The notes below the pieces were generated by a model. It made no database searches and was not told the origin of the DNA. It saw nothing but the letters and a program-made list of their open reading frames with translations. This document shows, one piece after another, positions 1-12,866 of a stretch of 64,000 bases of DNA; within the stretch, counting starts at the first letter, position 1, and each line of letters starts with the position of its first letter. Position numbers and translations under genes: made by a program. Origin of the DNA: Blastocystis sp. Blastoise. Taxonomy: Eukaryota; Protista; Bigyra: Opalinata. Location of the stretch: positions 1 through 64,000 of the forward strand of contig JBBPEB010000023.1 of the NCBI GenBank assembly GCA_039096225.1, in the 5' to 3' direction.

Positions 1-1249
1 ATTCTTTTAATTTATAATTATTATTCTATATATAGAATTGAACTATCTATCAGCTCAAAATAATCAAATATATTTTATTATTATATATATATATAGACAT
101 ATTCAGTTAGTTTATCATCAAGTATCTAATTGGTTTTTATAAAAATTGTAAACAAATATTCAAATAGTAATATAGTCTTCTAATTAATATTTATAATATT
201 TTCTTTAGTTATTTTCAATTCTTATTACAAATATCATCTTGATATCTCAATATTTACACTTTTACTTTTGTAATTATAAAATTATTATATAAAATAAACT
301 AATCTATTATCTTTTTTCAATTATAAATATTTATTATAGCATTGTTAACTACTGTAAGCATTCTAAATAACTATTTTGATACATAATTCATCCATTCTTA
401 AAAAATATTTTATTCTATTTTTCAACTTTTAGTCATACTAGTGTATACTATAGACTATTATTCAATGAATAGTATCAATTTTAATTCAAAAGAATAATAT
501 ATGTTATTTAAAAATAATAAAATGAGAATAAAAAGAAAAATTATAATAAGAACTTTATCTCTCATTTCAAACTTCTTCTTTTTATTTATTTATTATTTTC
601 ATACTCTTAATATTCATTATTTATTCATTTTTATACTCATTATCATCTCTAGTCATCATATATATATTTTATTTTATACTTTAATAAAACATTATCTATT
701 CATTCTTATTAATTGTTTTGTTAAAGTTATTATTATGTTTAATTCTTATTAATAATCACTTTATAAACTCATTTAACATGCTTTTATAAAATATTCTAAA
801 CAAATCATGTCAAAGTCTCTCCTTCAACTATCTTCAAACTGTTCATGATTCAACTTTTTAATGAATATAACATTCAATTATCAATACTCTGTCACAATTA
901 TTTTTAAAACATTCTTTTATACACACAATTCTTAACATTATTAAACTATTTTGTTTTTAAAACAAGTTATTATCATACACATATGTTTATTAGTCTATAA
1001 TAACTTCATAAAAGTCATTTTTATTTATTCAAGTCAACATGAGTGAATTCATAGTTTTTTACAAAATGTCTTTAAACTAAACTTTTATTTATTTAAATAG
1101 TATCTATATGTTAATTTACATTGATTGTATTTATATTATGCTATAATTATCATTTAAACATATTAAAAAATTAATTTTTAAAACTAAAATATGAAAAACA
1201 TATTCAATTATTTCTTCTTTTTTTATTATGATATTTTTACTTTAATTAT

Positions 1250-2000
1250 ACACAAAATACATATTAAACACACACACAACCTATATAATAATAATATATA
1301 ATAAAATAAATAATATATACAATTATAATTCATCAAAGAGCCTCTAGTTGAAAACAAAGTAGAAAAATTTTGTAATTTTTAAATAATTTTCTTTTCTATT
1401 TTGAATCGTTTCAACGATAATAATTGCTTAAATAATTAATATTTCATATTATATACATTCATAACCACCTATATAAACTTTATTAATAAAAAAAAATATA
1501 TAATATAAAATATTTATAGACAATCAAGTTAATTGTCTATTTTTTACATACCTTTAAAAATTCTTGAATGTCACTAACACCACCTATTGAGCAGAAAACC
1601 ATCACCAAACACCACTAGCAACGAAAACGACGAAAAGGAAGACCTAAAAAACGACACAATATACTGATGTCTGAACTTATCGTTCGAAGACATCAGCATC
1701 ATCGATACAGTATCTTACCTATTATAACAGTATAATATAATATAAAAATAAAATATATACCATAATTAAAATCTTCCCATTCTTACCTTAAACCTTTTCA
1801 AACGTAGTAATTCAAACAGATCCATGAATAACACCACATTTCAACAGACCACAAGTATCCTAACACTATAAATAGCTACACATTCAAACCCAAGCCAAGA
1901 ATGGCGTCTATTTATTATTTAATATAAATAATATTTCATTATAAAAATAAAAATAAATATATAGAATTCATTAAATAAATAAAAATAAAAGAATTACCAT
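1250..2000 (-). other. Multi-exon gene-like unit with in-frame stop codons (recoded gene or pseudogene); hydrophobic product
   Basis: ATG|GT at 2000-1996; exons 1907-1761, 1718-1552, 1468-1457, 1426-1321 with GT/AG ends. One frame reads MTPFLAWV*MCSYL*C*DTCGLLKCGVIHGSV*ITTFEKV*GKNGKILIM/VRYCIDDADVFER*VQTSVYCVVF*VFLFVVFVASGVW*WFSAQ*VV. 3' end uncertain. Confidence 0.55.
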
Positions 2001-2061
2001 TATAACTTTAATAAAAAACAAAAAAAATAAAGTAAAATAAAAAAGCCTCTCAAAAAGGTCA

Positions 2062-2670
2062 ACCACTTTTTTACCCTAATAACATTTTGGTTGACTTTTT
2101 TATTTTAATTCATTCTATTGGCTTATTTCATCCTACAATTCTACAATTCTAGATTCTGGAATTCTAGAATTGTAAACTACCAATCATTTTCATTATCCTA
2201 CAATTCTACAATTCCAGAATCTAGAATTCTAGAATCCTAGACTACCAATCAAATTCATTATCTTATATTTTATACTCTACAATTCTACAATCCTAGATTC
2301 TAGAATTCTAGAATTCTAGACTACCAATTATATTTAATATATCTTTTATTATCCAATTATTTTATTTTTCTACAATTCTACAATACCCAATTAATTTATT
2401 CTATTCATTTTAACCAATTAAATTAATTATTTTCACCCTAATAAAATTTTCAAAACACTTCTTTTAAAATATTACCACTTTTTTCAACCATTTTTTTACC
2501 CTAATAACATTTTGGTTCACTTTTTTACCCTAATACAATTTTATTTCACTTTTTTTTTAATTCATTTTATTGGTTTATTTCATTCTACAATTCTACAATC
2601 CTAGATTCTAGAATTCTAGAATTCTAGACTACCAATTAAATTAAATATATCTTTTTTTATCCAATTATAT
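2062..2670. repeat. Duplicated ~65-bp units built from TTCTACAA / TTCTAGAA 8-mers followed by ACCAAT, upstream of the 2.0-kb unit
   Basis: ctacaattctacaat..tagattctagaattctagaa..actaccaat recurs near 2133, 2198, 2276 and 2584; 2065-2180 is also near-duplicated at 2495-2640. Confidence 0.85.
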
Positions 2671-2730
2671 TTATAATATAATATATTTTTATAACATAAA
2701 TTAACTTATTCTCTTATTATATTTTTTTTT

Positions 2731-2754
2731 CCCTAACCCTAACCCTAACCCTAA
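2731..2754. repeat. Interstitial telomeric repeat (CCCTAA)4
   Basis: ccctaaccctaaccctaaccctaa seen directly; a degenerate copy lies at 2857-2870. Confidence 0.85.
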
Positions 2755-3600
2755 GTCATAAATAATCATAAATGTGTCATTGTATCTAAAATACTCAACT
2801 TTCATGAACAGTCATATGATTATGTCATAAAACACCTATAAGTCACTTATACAAATAACCCTAACCTAACTCAAATATATCTTAATTTTTAAAAGAGACA
2901 CTAAGGTATATTACATAGCACTCTATACCTCATACATATTCATAAGTATTTTGTTATCTATGAAAATATCTTACTTTCAAAAATAATCACAGGAATATAT
3001 TAAATTATACTCTAGAAGTCATAAATAGCCATCAATATTTCATTATATGTAAAAATAATCAATTTTCAAAAATAATCATGGGAATTTATCAAATAAGACT
3101 CTATAAGTCATAAATAATCATAATATTATCATGATCCATAACATGCTCGACTCTCATAAAATACCACTTAAATATGTTACAGAAAACCTATAAGACTTAT
3201 AATATACATAAGTCTATGGTTTTGTATAAAAATATAAAAATTTATAAATAATTACTGAAATATCCCATATAACACTCTATACATCATATATATACATAAC
3301 TCTATCATTTTTTTTAATAGATCTTGCTTTCAAAAATAATCACGATTATCTACCAAATTTTACTTTGGATAACATAAATAATCATAAATGTATCATTATA
3401 TTTACAATCATCAACTTTCAAAAATAATCACGGGAATTTATTCAATTTTACTCTAGAACTCTTCAATAATCATAAATATATCATTTTATATATATATAAT
3501 CAAGTTTAGAACATAATCACGATTATTCATCAAATTACACTCAAAAAGTCATAAATTTCATAAATACTTCATTATATATAAAAATGAGAACTTATTATTT
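2753..3600. repeat. Degenerate ~88-bp tandem satellite, about 10 copies
   Basis: aagtcataaataatcataaat-like anchor recurs near 2753, 3014, 3103, 3189, 3278, 3367, 3455 and 3544, spaced 86-89 bp from 3014 onward. Confidence 0.8.
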
Positions 3601-6559
3601 TTTTTGTTATGAATGACTTATCAAGTCTCCTATATACTCCTAGGTACTCATTATTATCTATATGACTTACATACACCTATACTAGAACAAAACATTACAC
3701 TTATTTGTCATATTAGACTCTAAGCTACTATTTATTCTACCTAATTTTGTTTTATATATAAATTAAGCTTCTTCAATTAATAATCAAGATTATTTATAAA
3801 TATTATAGTAATAAATCGAATTACTCATAAATTCTATATCATTCATTAATTGTCATGTGACTCTATTCTTTCTCATATATAAATACCAAACATATCAATT
3901 ATCAAAAAAAAATGAGTGTTTGTTATTAAAAAAATTAATTTTTTATAATTATTTGACATTATATGTGTATATACTTATATTCATTATTATTCTATCTTAT
4001 CAACATTAATTAACATAATTCTAATGAATATCATAAATATTTTATAAAACATTCACTACTAATTTAATTATTACTTACAAATTATATGATTCTATACATT
4101 CAGAAATAAATATATAATATATCATTTTAATTCGTTTTTCTAATTTATATATTTATACATTTTAAAAACTAATATAATTTCTTAATATATATTATAAATA
4201 ATTTTATATATATATAACAAACTATAAATTTTAATAACATCTTTTCTATTATTCAAATAGATATATTTACATATATAATGAATTCATATATATATATATG
4301 ATTATCTTCATTCATTATTATATATATGTATAAATAAAAAGTAATATTATTTATAAGAATATTTCTAATACTAAACAATTTCTATTCAATATTTTTTCAT
4401 CAATTGATTAATTCATATAAAATATTATTTTAATTTATTATTATTCAATTATTTAAATAGAATTTTATATTAATATTTAATAAAAATTATATTTTTAAAT
4501 CATCTTCATTATTTTAATTTTTTAATTTAAATATCATTCATAAATCAATATTTATTTTCATTTAAAAATTACATATATATTTATTAATTAAAAATTTTTC
4601 TTATTAATTAATAAATATATTTGTTTGTAATATTTTCTATATTAATTTAATAGTATTATTCATTATATTATTTATTATAAAACAATGATTATTATTAAAT
4701 ACAATTCATATGTTAAATGTAAAATAACTATTATAATATAAAATATTATCATAAATTAATTTGGAAATAATCATTTTTAATAAAAATATATATATATTAT
4801 ATATTCAAAAAACTATTTCATTTATATTTTATTAATATATTTATTCAATATATATATATGAATATAATTTATATTTAAAAAAAATTTCTATTATCACATT
4901 TAAATGAATTCTTTTATATTAATATAACCTATTCATAATTCAATTCATTTTTATAAATTAAATAAATAATTAAATAATTAAACTACATAAAAATTATAAA
5001 AAATTCATTTAATCTTAATAAAAAACAAATATCTTATTCAATGAATAATTTATTATCAAATATATTTTGAATTCCATATTATTAATAGAATATCAAATGA
5101 ATAAATAAAATATAAAAAATAATTTATAAATAAATGAATGTAAATATTATTTTAAAAATATTTAATTCATTATATAAATAAATAATTTAATACATAATTC
5201 TTATCTTTTATTTATTAATACTTCAATATCATTAAAATCATTAACATTATAATAAATATTATATTAACTAAATAATTATATTTATAAATATAAATTATAA
5301 ATTCATTTAATAAAAATAAATCATTGACATTAAAATATATAAAAAATATTTTATAAAACAATTTATATATATTTTATAATTATATGATAAATTAAAATAT
5401 AATATTCGAATCTATTATAATTCTATATCAACACATATGTATTTTCTTTGTATTATCATTTAATATAAATTTTTATTTAAATTTATAACACTAACATGTT
5501 TTATATATTTTAATAATTAGTTAAAATACTTTATTAATAAAAAAAACATTTATCACTTTAAGAATAATTTCTTTTAATATTATATATATATATTTCTAAT
5601 TAAAAATAATCTGTTTTCAAATTGTATATAATAATAAAATTAATAATATATATCTATAAAAATAAATATTATATTTTTTATTAATATTTATTTATATAAT
5701 AAAAATAAGAAAAAATTATGATTATGATTATCTATATATGATAAATAATTCTTTAATATTACTAATTTTGGATTATCATTAATAATATATATAAAACTTA
5801 TATATATATATATAACACATAATTAAAAATGAATTTATGACACTAAAATCTATTCCAAAACTAGAATTACAAAAATGTTTTCTTTTAAAATTTTATTTTT
5901 TTTCATATATTAATTTTATTTATATCTAAAAAATAGCAAATTAAAATTTTTAAATTTTTTTTATTTAACTTTTTTTACAATTCTAGATATTTCATAGAAT
6001 TATTTATTTTCTATTCGTTATTTAAAAATAAAATAATTTATTCTTATTTCTTTTTAATTAATTACTTTATAACATTAATATTATTTTTTTTACTTTATTT
6101 AGATTCTTTGATATATAGAACATTTTCACTAATAGATATTTTTGTGTTTTTCTTTTTTAAATGACTCTTAGTCTGATTACTGTCATCCTCTAGAAAAGCA
6201 CAAATAGAAATAAAAAATCACATTCTGACTCTAAAGTCAACACCAAATAACGTATATGACACCACTATCATACCCAATATTTTTATAAGAAGCAATTTCA
6301 GAAATGTATTTGGTTCTAACCCTAAGCAAATAAAAATACACGAGAAATAAAACATATATATTATTTAATTAACATAATATGGGTATTAATGATATATAAA
6401 AGGGTTTAATAAGTCATTTCATATTTAATTAATATCCTTTTTTAATCCCAAAACAACTCATTTTCATTTTATAGTATTATAAACAGAAAAATAATAAACT
6501 AATAAAAAATAATACATAAATAATTAATAAACTAACATAGATTTTTTTTTATATGTTTA

Positions 6560-7045
6560 GTATTCATGCAGAGTGTCGTTTTTTGACCATTTTTAAAGAC
6601 TATAGAAATGTAATTATAAAAATATTGATAATTTAATAATAATAAATTATACACCTTATATAAGCACATCAAACATAATCTTATCTTCAATTATATGATT
6701 ATTTTAAAAGACTATATACAGTTTAAAATAAAAAGGAATAAAAAATAATTATAAATAATATATATTAAACACGCACATCAATCAACGATTACACTTCAAG
6801 GACCACCAGCTAAAAAAGCCAACTATAACTATGATATAAAAATATTTAAAGCATACATTTCAAAGTAAGTCATTCCTGATCAGTAGAGCACCAAAAACAA
6901 AGTTATAACTGTAGAGAGTAGATAAATAGTAAAATAAGAACATATCTTAATCCAAGAAAAGAAATTGTGTTCATCTCCTATTTATTTGAGTCATAAATGA
7001 TAACTATATAATAAAGTATATAAAAATAATAATGATACATACCAT
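6560..7045 (-). other. Small spliced gene-like unit with in-frame stops
   Basis: TTATAATG|GTATGT at 7045-7037, the same context as the 2000 unit. GT/AG-bounded G-rich exons with natural codons (YNFVFGALLIRNDLL*N, LAFLAGGP*SVIVD*CA). Frame across the first exons is ambiguous. Confidence 0.4.
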
Positions 7046-7999
7046 TATAAGTCAACAAAAAACAATACATAAAAAAAATAAATAAAAAGATTTATGTGAA
7101 AAACTTTTATGTCAAATAACAATTCAAACCCTAAAACAAAATATGTATAAAAATTCTATATACAAAAACTCTGAAAATTCTACCCTATAGTGATTTCTCC
7201 TTTTTTTCTTTTGAATGATTGAAAACTAAAAAAGTCAGCATAGTTCAAATATCACTGTATATTCATAATATAATAATTATGATATTTATATTTATGTTAT
7301 GACAAGTGATATTAGGTTATTGAAAGCACAGCACCCAATTTTAAATACAATAAAAACTATATTGTGTTTAATCGAGATACTATAATGATTATATAGTATT
7401 TCATTACAATAATTATATCATTTAAAATAAGAAAATATTTAATCTGATATACTTTCACAAACTGATTTACTAATTCTTTAAAAATATTTTTTATTTATAA
7501 AAATATAACTCTTCTTATTTTTACATACTTATAGAAATAAATTTGTAAAGAACTAAGTTTTAAATGAATCAATTTAAAGAATATTATAGAAATAAAAGTG
7601 TAAAAAAAATATTATTATTATAAACAAAACTATATATATAGAAAACTATTAGTTATTTAGGTAGAAACGTTAATAATAAACTACTTTATATTCTTATGAT
7701 ATTAATTACAAGAAGAAATAAAAATAATAGTATAAACGAATATATATATATTGCTTAGTAGATAATAAAAAAGAGTAATAACATGGAATAGTAATTATAT
7801 ATATGTTGTAAAGATATAAAAGAACTTATTAAAGAATATATATAGCATAAACTATTTTTCCTTTAGAAATATATGTTTATTGCTCCTATTGATTATATCA
7901 TTATTATTTATTTTTATCATTAAATTCATTCTTATCTATTATAGTATAATTCAGTGAATAATTTAATAAAATACTTAGACTATAAAAAAAATAAGTTTA

Positions 8000-10900
8000 T
8001 AGATATAATATATATGATAATATATAATAGAAGATATAATTAAACAAAAACATTCAAAATAATACTCTTCGAATTCGAAAGAACTAAAGTTAACAACATA
8101 TAAAGAGAATAACCAAAAGATCAAAGGAAGAAATAGTATCATTCTATTTATCTTTGTATGTATTAATATCTAAATATATACATCAATAACAATATAATAT
8201 ATATATATATAATAATTATAATAATATAAATATATATACTTGTCTATAATCTTATTTCCAATATTATTTCGACTTTTCAATACTTTTAATTGTTCAATAT
8301 ATGTATATAATAATAAAAACTTTATATATAAATAAATAATTAGTTTCTAAAGGAGATATGAAACCAGAATATATTCTTCTAAATTTTATATTAGTTTTAA
8401 TTCATTTTATATTATTTAATAGTTCTTTAATAGAATCCAGTATTTATTGTTTAGTTATAATAATAAATATATTCACATTAGAAAGATGAATGGACCCAAT
8501 TTTTATATATCTGAAATTAGTTCTAGAGGAAGAAGAGTAGGTTTAGTAGATTCATTCTTAATAGTAAATAATTGTTCATATATAGTTACACATATATTTT
8601 TAATTGATTTCAATAAATCTTAAGAGTAATTCTTTTTTTATACAGTAAATTAATACATATTAATTATTTTAATAATATTTCTTAAGAAAATTGAGTTGCT
8701 AATTATAATGATTGAATAAGATCAGAAAATAATTATATATAATACAATATATATATATATATATACTTGTTTTTTTAGTAATAATAGAATAATTTGAAGA
8801 AGCTAACCAATACTTATTCATATAAATATTTTCATTTGAATCATAGAATAATGTAGTTATAGTAGATTTTGATTGTGATATAGGAGAAAGAGAAGGAGGA
8901 GTAGAATACATGTAAATAAATGGATTCTAGAATATATATATAATATAATAAACATAAAAAAATAACAATAATAACATATATATACTTCTTTAAGTTTTTT
9001 AAGAATTATTCAGCACACCGATATAGATAATCTTTTTTTCCTTCATTCCCATAGAAAAAGGAAAGGAAACCTTTTGAATTTGAAGAAATTAAAAACCTAT
9101 TTTATTCTTTATTTAAATAACATAACAATAAATTATATAGTTGTATATATCAATCAATATTTTCTTTATTATTATTTTTTTTTATCTTCTTAAATTTATC
9201 ATCTACATTATAACATATTCTTAAATAACAATTTATATGTACAATTTAATAAATTCCTAATAAATCAAATATATATTAATAATATAACATTAATATATCG
9301 AAAATAATGATATAGTTCAGATAATAATGTTTTCATAGAGATATCCATAAGATTATATAATTCTATTAGGTATATATAATTTATTAAAATTATTAGGAAA
9401 CCATTTTATAGTAGTCAATATCTTCATTATAGAAGAATCAGATCTATATATATAATAGATAAATAATACTGAATAAAAACAATAAATATATATACTTAAT
9501 AATATTGAAGTTACCTAGAATATAATTAATAATAGTATTTCATAATGTTATATTCATAGGAGTCACCTTAGAAAGAAAGAATTCTTCAGAAACAGTAAAT
9601 AAGCAAGTCGATAATTTAAGAGAAGACAAATTTATTAACTACTAGGAACTATATATATAACTATATATATATATATACAATTTATAATTAATAACATTAG
9701 TATATCAATAAAGATATTTCTTTTGAATAAAATCATCGGATATATAATATATCTGTAGAACAAAAAGAAACACAAATATTTTCGTGGGTATAAGAAAAAA
9801 GGTAATTAATTAATTACTGTTCTATACTATATATATATATAATATTATAATTATAAATATATATATAAATATACTTTTTCAATATGATCTGGACTTCTTT
9901 CAATAATATATATTTATTAAAAAAATATTGTTTATTATCACTGAAAGATTCTACAGTTTTAAGTATGTTCTGGAACACAGATGAATCTTGTACATGAAAC
10001 TAATATAGAATCAACATGACAAGGTGAATAACAGGAATATAAAGAGTTTATTAGAGAGGAAGAGAGGGAGATGTCTAGAATAGAAATCGATACGTATATA
10101 TATATATAAATAGATACACAACGAATAGAAAAAAGAGTAATAATAAAATAGATTGAAGTAAGAGATAATTATATCAATAATTATAATCATAATATGTTTA
10201 TATACTTAATGATAAATCTATCATTTGTTCTTCTAATCCTTCTGTATTTATACAGAAAAAAGTATTAATAGTAAACCAACACAATATATTATTTTTCATG
10301 AGACATAAAAGGTCAGTAGACTTAATTCCCATGGAAATCTGAATGGTTTACGCTTATATATAATAAATATGTTGAATTATTCATTCTTGAGTAAATTGAA
10401 AAATATAAGAAGATATAGAATTATATTCTATTCCTATATATATAAATGATATCAGTTAAAAAAATATAAAAACAATAAAAATAATAGCAATAAATAATTA
10501 TAATAATATAATATACATATACATATATATGTTGAAAACACTACATATTCTGGAGAGACATAAAAAATATATATAACTATACGAAGATGGTGAAGAGGAG
10601 GAGTGAACGAAATGAAAATGGATCTAGAATATAGTATTAGTAGCATTTATATATATATAACGATTTATATAGAATAGCAACAAATATATATGGAGAATAT
10701 ATAGATACTAACTATAATAACATTACTAATAATATAAATAAATTAATTAATAAATAAATTAATACATAAATAAATAAAAAATATAATATAAATAAAAATT
10801 ACTAATATATATATATATACTATTTTCTTATAGATACCTCTAGTAATCTATAGAGTGAGTCACATAATATGTATTCCTGTTTACTAGTCTTTTTATATGG

Positions 10901-12001
10901 CTGTAGAATATAAATGATAAACAAATAATGCAAATAAATAAATAACAAATAATGCAAATAAATAAATAGCAAATAATATAAATAAAATTAGCAAATAATA
11001 TAAATAACTAAATATATATATACTATAATAATTCAAGTTACAAGACTAATAACCTCTCTTTTCTATTTCTCTGTTATTCTATTTTATATAATAATACGAT
11101 CTGAACCTAAATATAAATAAATATAAATATATTTAAAAATATTAAATTAAAACAATATATATATGTATATATTCTTCTTAATAATAATAAAATATAAATA
11201 TATACCATAATATTCAATTAAAATTGTTTTAAACATTATTTTTGAATTAAAATTTCCTATATAGGCAATAAATAAGATTAAAAATACAATAATAAAAAAT
11301 ATATATAAAAAAAGTATTAAAATAATAAATAAATTTTATATATATATAATAAAATATTGAATTACCAAATTAACAGTAGATATAATGTAAAACAACTATT
11401 TTCAATATATTTATATCTATTATAATTAGATTAATTTAATAAACATATAAATTAAATAAAAAACAAAATAAAATAAAAAATATATATGTATATAAAAATT
11501 TACCTATAAGAATTTTTGAAGATTTTTTTTCTCTTTAATTTGAAACATTCAAAACTTCAGAATGACAACAAAGGATTAACTTCAACATTCTAAACTAAAA
11601 TAAATAAATAATATAAAATATTAATTATATACAAAAACAAATGATCTCCCATTCTCTCAGTTTTTTGATTTTTTTTTTTTTTTATTTTGATTTAAAACTG
11701 TTTGTATACCTTGTGAGATTGTTCTGAATCATTCCAATTATGATTAACCTATATATAAATAATAATAATTATCAACATTTACAATACTTTGTCGAACATA
11801 TTTCTTCCTGTTTCATCACAACTAGATCATAGTCTAATAACGTCAGGTATTGCCAATAAACTATAAATATAAATAAATAAAATTATAATTATAATTAAGT
11901 TTTCGAGTATCAAATAAAAATAAATTATTACAACTATACAGGTGGCAAACACTTTCTTTAATAATTAGTAAAAAAATTAATTAATTATATTAATTATTCA
12001 T
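8000..12001 (-). other. Large multi-exon gene with WD40-like segments and many in-frame stops (recoded gene or pseudogene)
   Basis: Exons 12001-11940, 11860-11788, 11748-11710, 11589-11504, 11416-11366, 11256-11206, 11106-11025, 10900-10821, 10623-10523, 10433-10206, 10074-9875, 9826-~9696, 9648-9496 and 9443 onward join in one frame. Motifs DVIRL*SS, MNITL*NT, GYLYENIII*TI. 3' end approximate. Confidence 0.6.
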
Positions 12002-12599
12002 TCAGAATATATATTATAAAAAGTAATCTTCATTTCAAAAGAAAAATAAAAAAATAATTTCACTTATTTTTTATATTTTTTTTTCTTTTTAGAAAAACAA
12101 AATATATTTTTGGATCTAGTTGAATTGCATACCCATTTTGGGAATATATTAGATCGATTTTATTTTTTTTTTGGTTATTTTGGTACCCAAAACTGGATCT
12201 AATAAAAATAAATTTGAATGAAATTTTATTATATATATATTATAACAGTTTACAATCCACTTCTATTTCATATATCATCATATGTTTATCATCAATTTTA
12301 TCTATCTAATATATCAGTATTATAGAAATTTACATTATTTAATATTATTCAATAACTATATTTGATAATTATTCTATTCCAATATTATCATCAATTCATT
12401 CAAATATATATTTTTATTTTATTATATAACTAAATATCATATTAATCAAATAAAAATGATTCTATTTGTATAATAATATCATTAATATTATTTTTTATAA
12501 AATTCAATATAGTATGAATAATAAATCGTAATCATTTTTATCATTCTTTATATTTTTATTATTATTTGAATTATTATTATTATTACTATTAACATCAAT

Positions 12600-12827
12600 A
12601 ATATCATCAATATTACTAATGTCTTTATGAATATCAATTTAAATATTATTATTATTATGATTATAAGATTGATTCCATGTTTCTAAAGGAAACATAATAT
12701 AATAGGATAATGAAGAATATTTAGTAGTTCTTCGACAAATAAAAATACCTGTAGAAGAGAGAAATAAAGGAGCAATAGGATAAGTAATACCCTCATTATT
12801 ATTTATATTCATATTAGTATTTATATT

Positions 12828-12866
<39 letters not shown>

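Noticed and set aside
2130-2640. Canonical heat-shock element
   Set aside because: Period is 8 bp (GAATTC with no spacer), not the 10-bp nGAAnnTTCn register.
2753-3600. CRISPR-like array
   Set aside because: Whole units are degenerate copies with no unique spacers, there are no cas genes, and the context is eukaryotic.
11790-11830. Box C (GTGATGA) snoRNA
   Set aside because: It lies within a protein-like exon; no matching terminal stem or box D was found.
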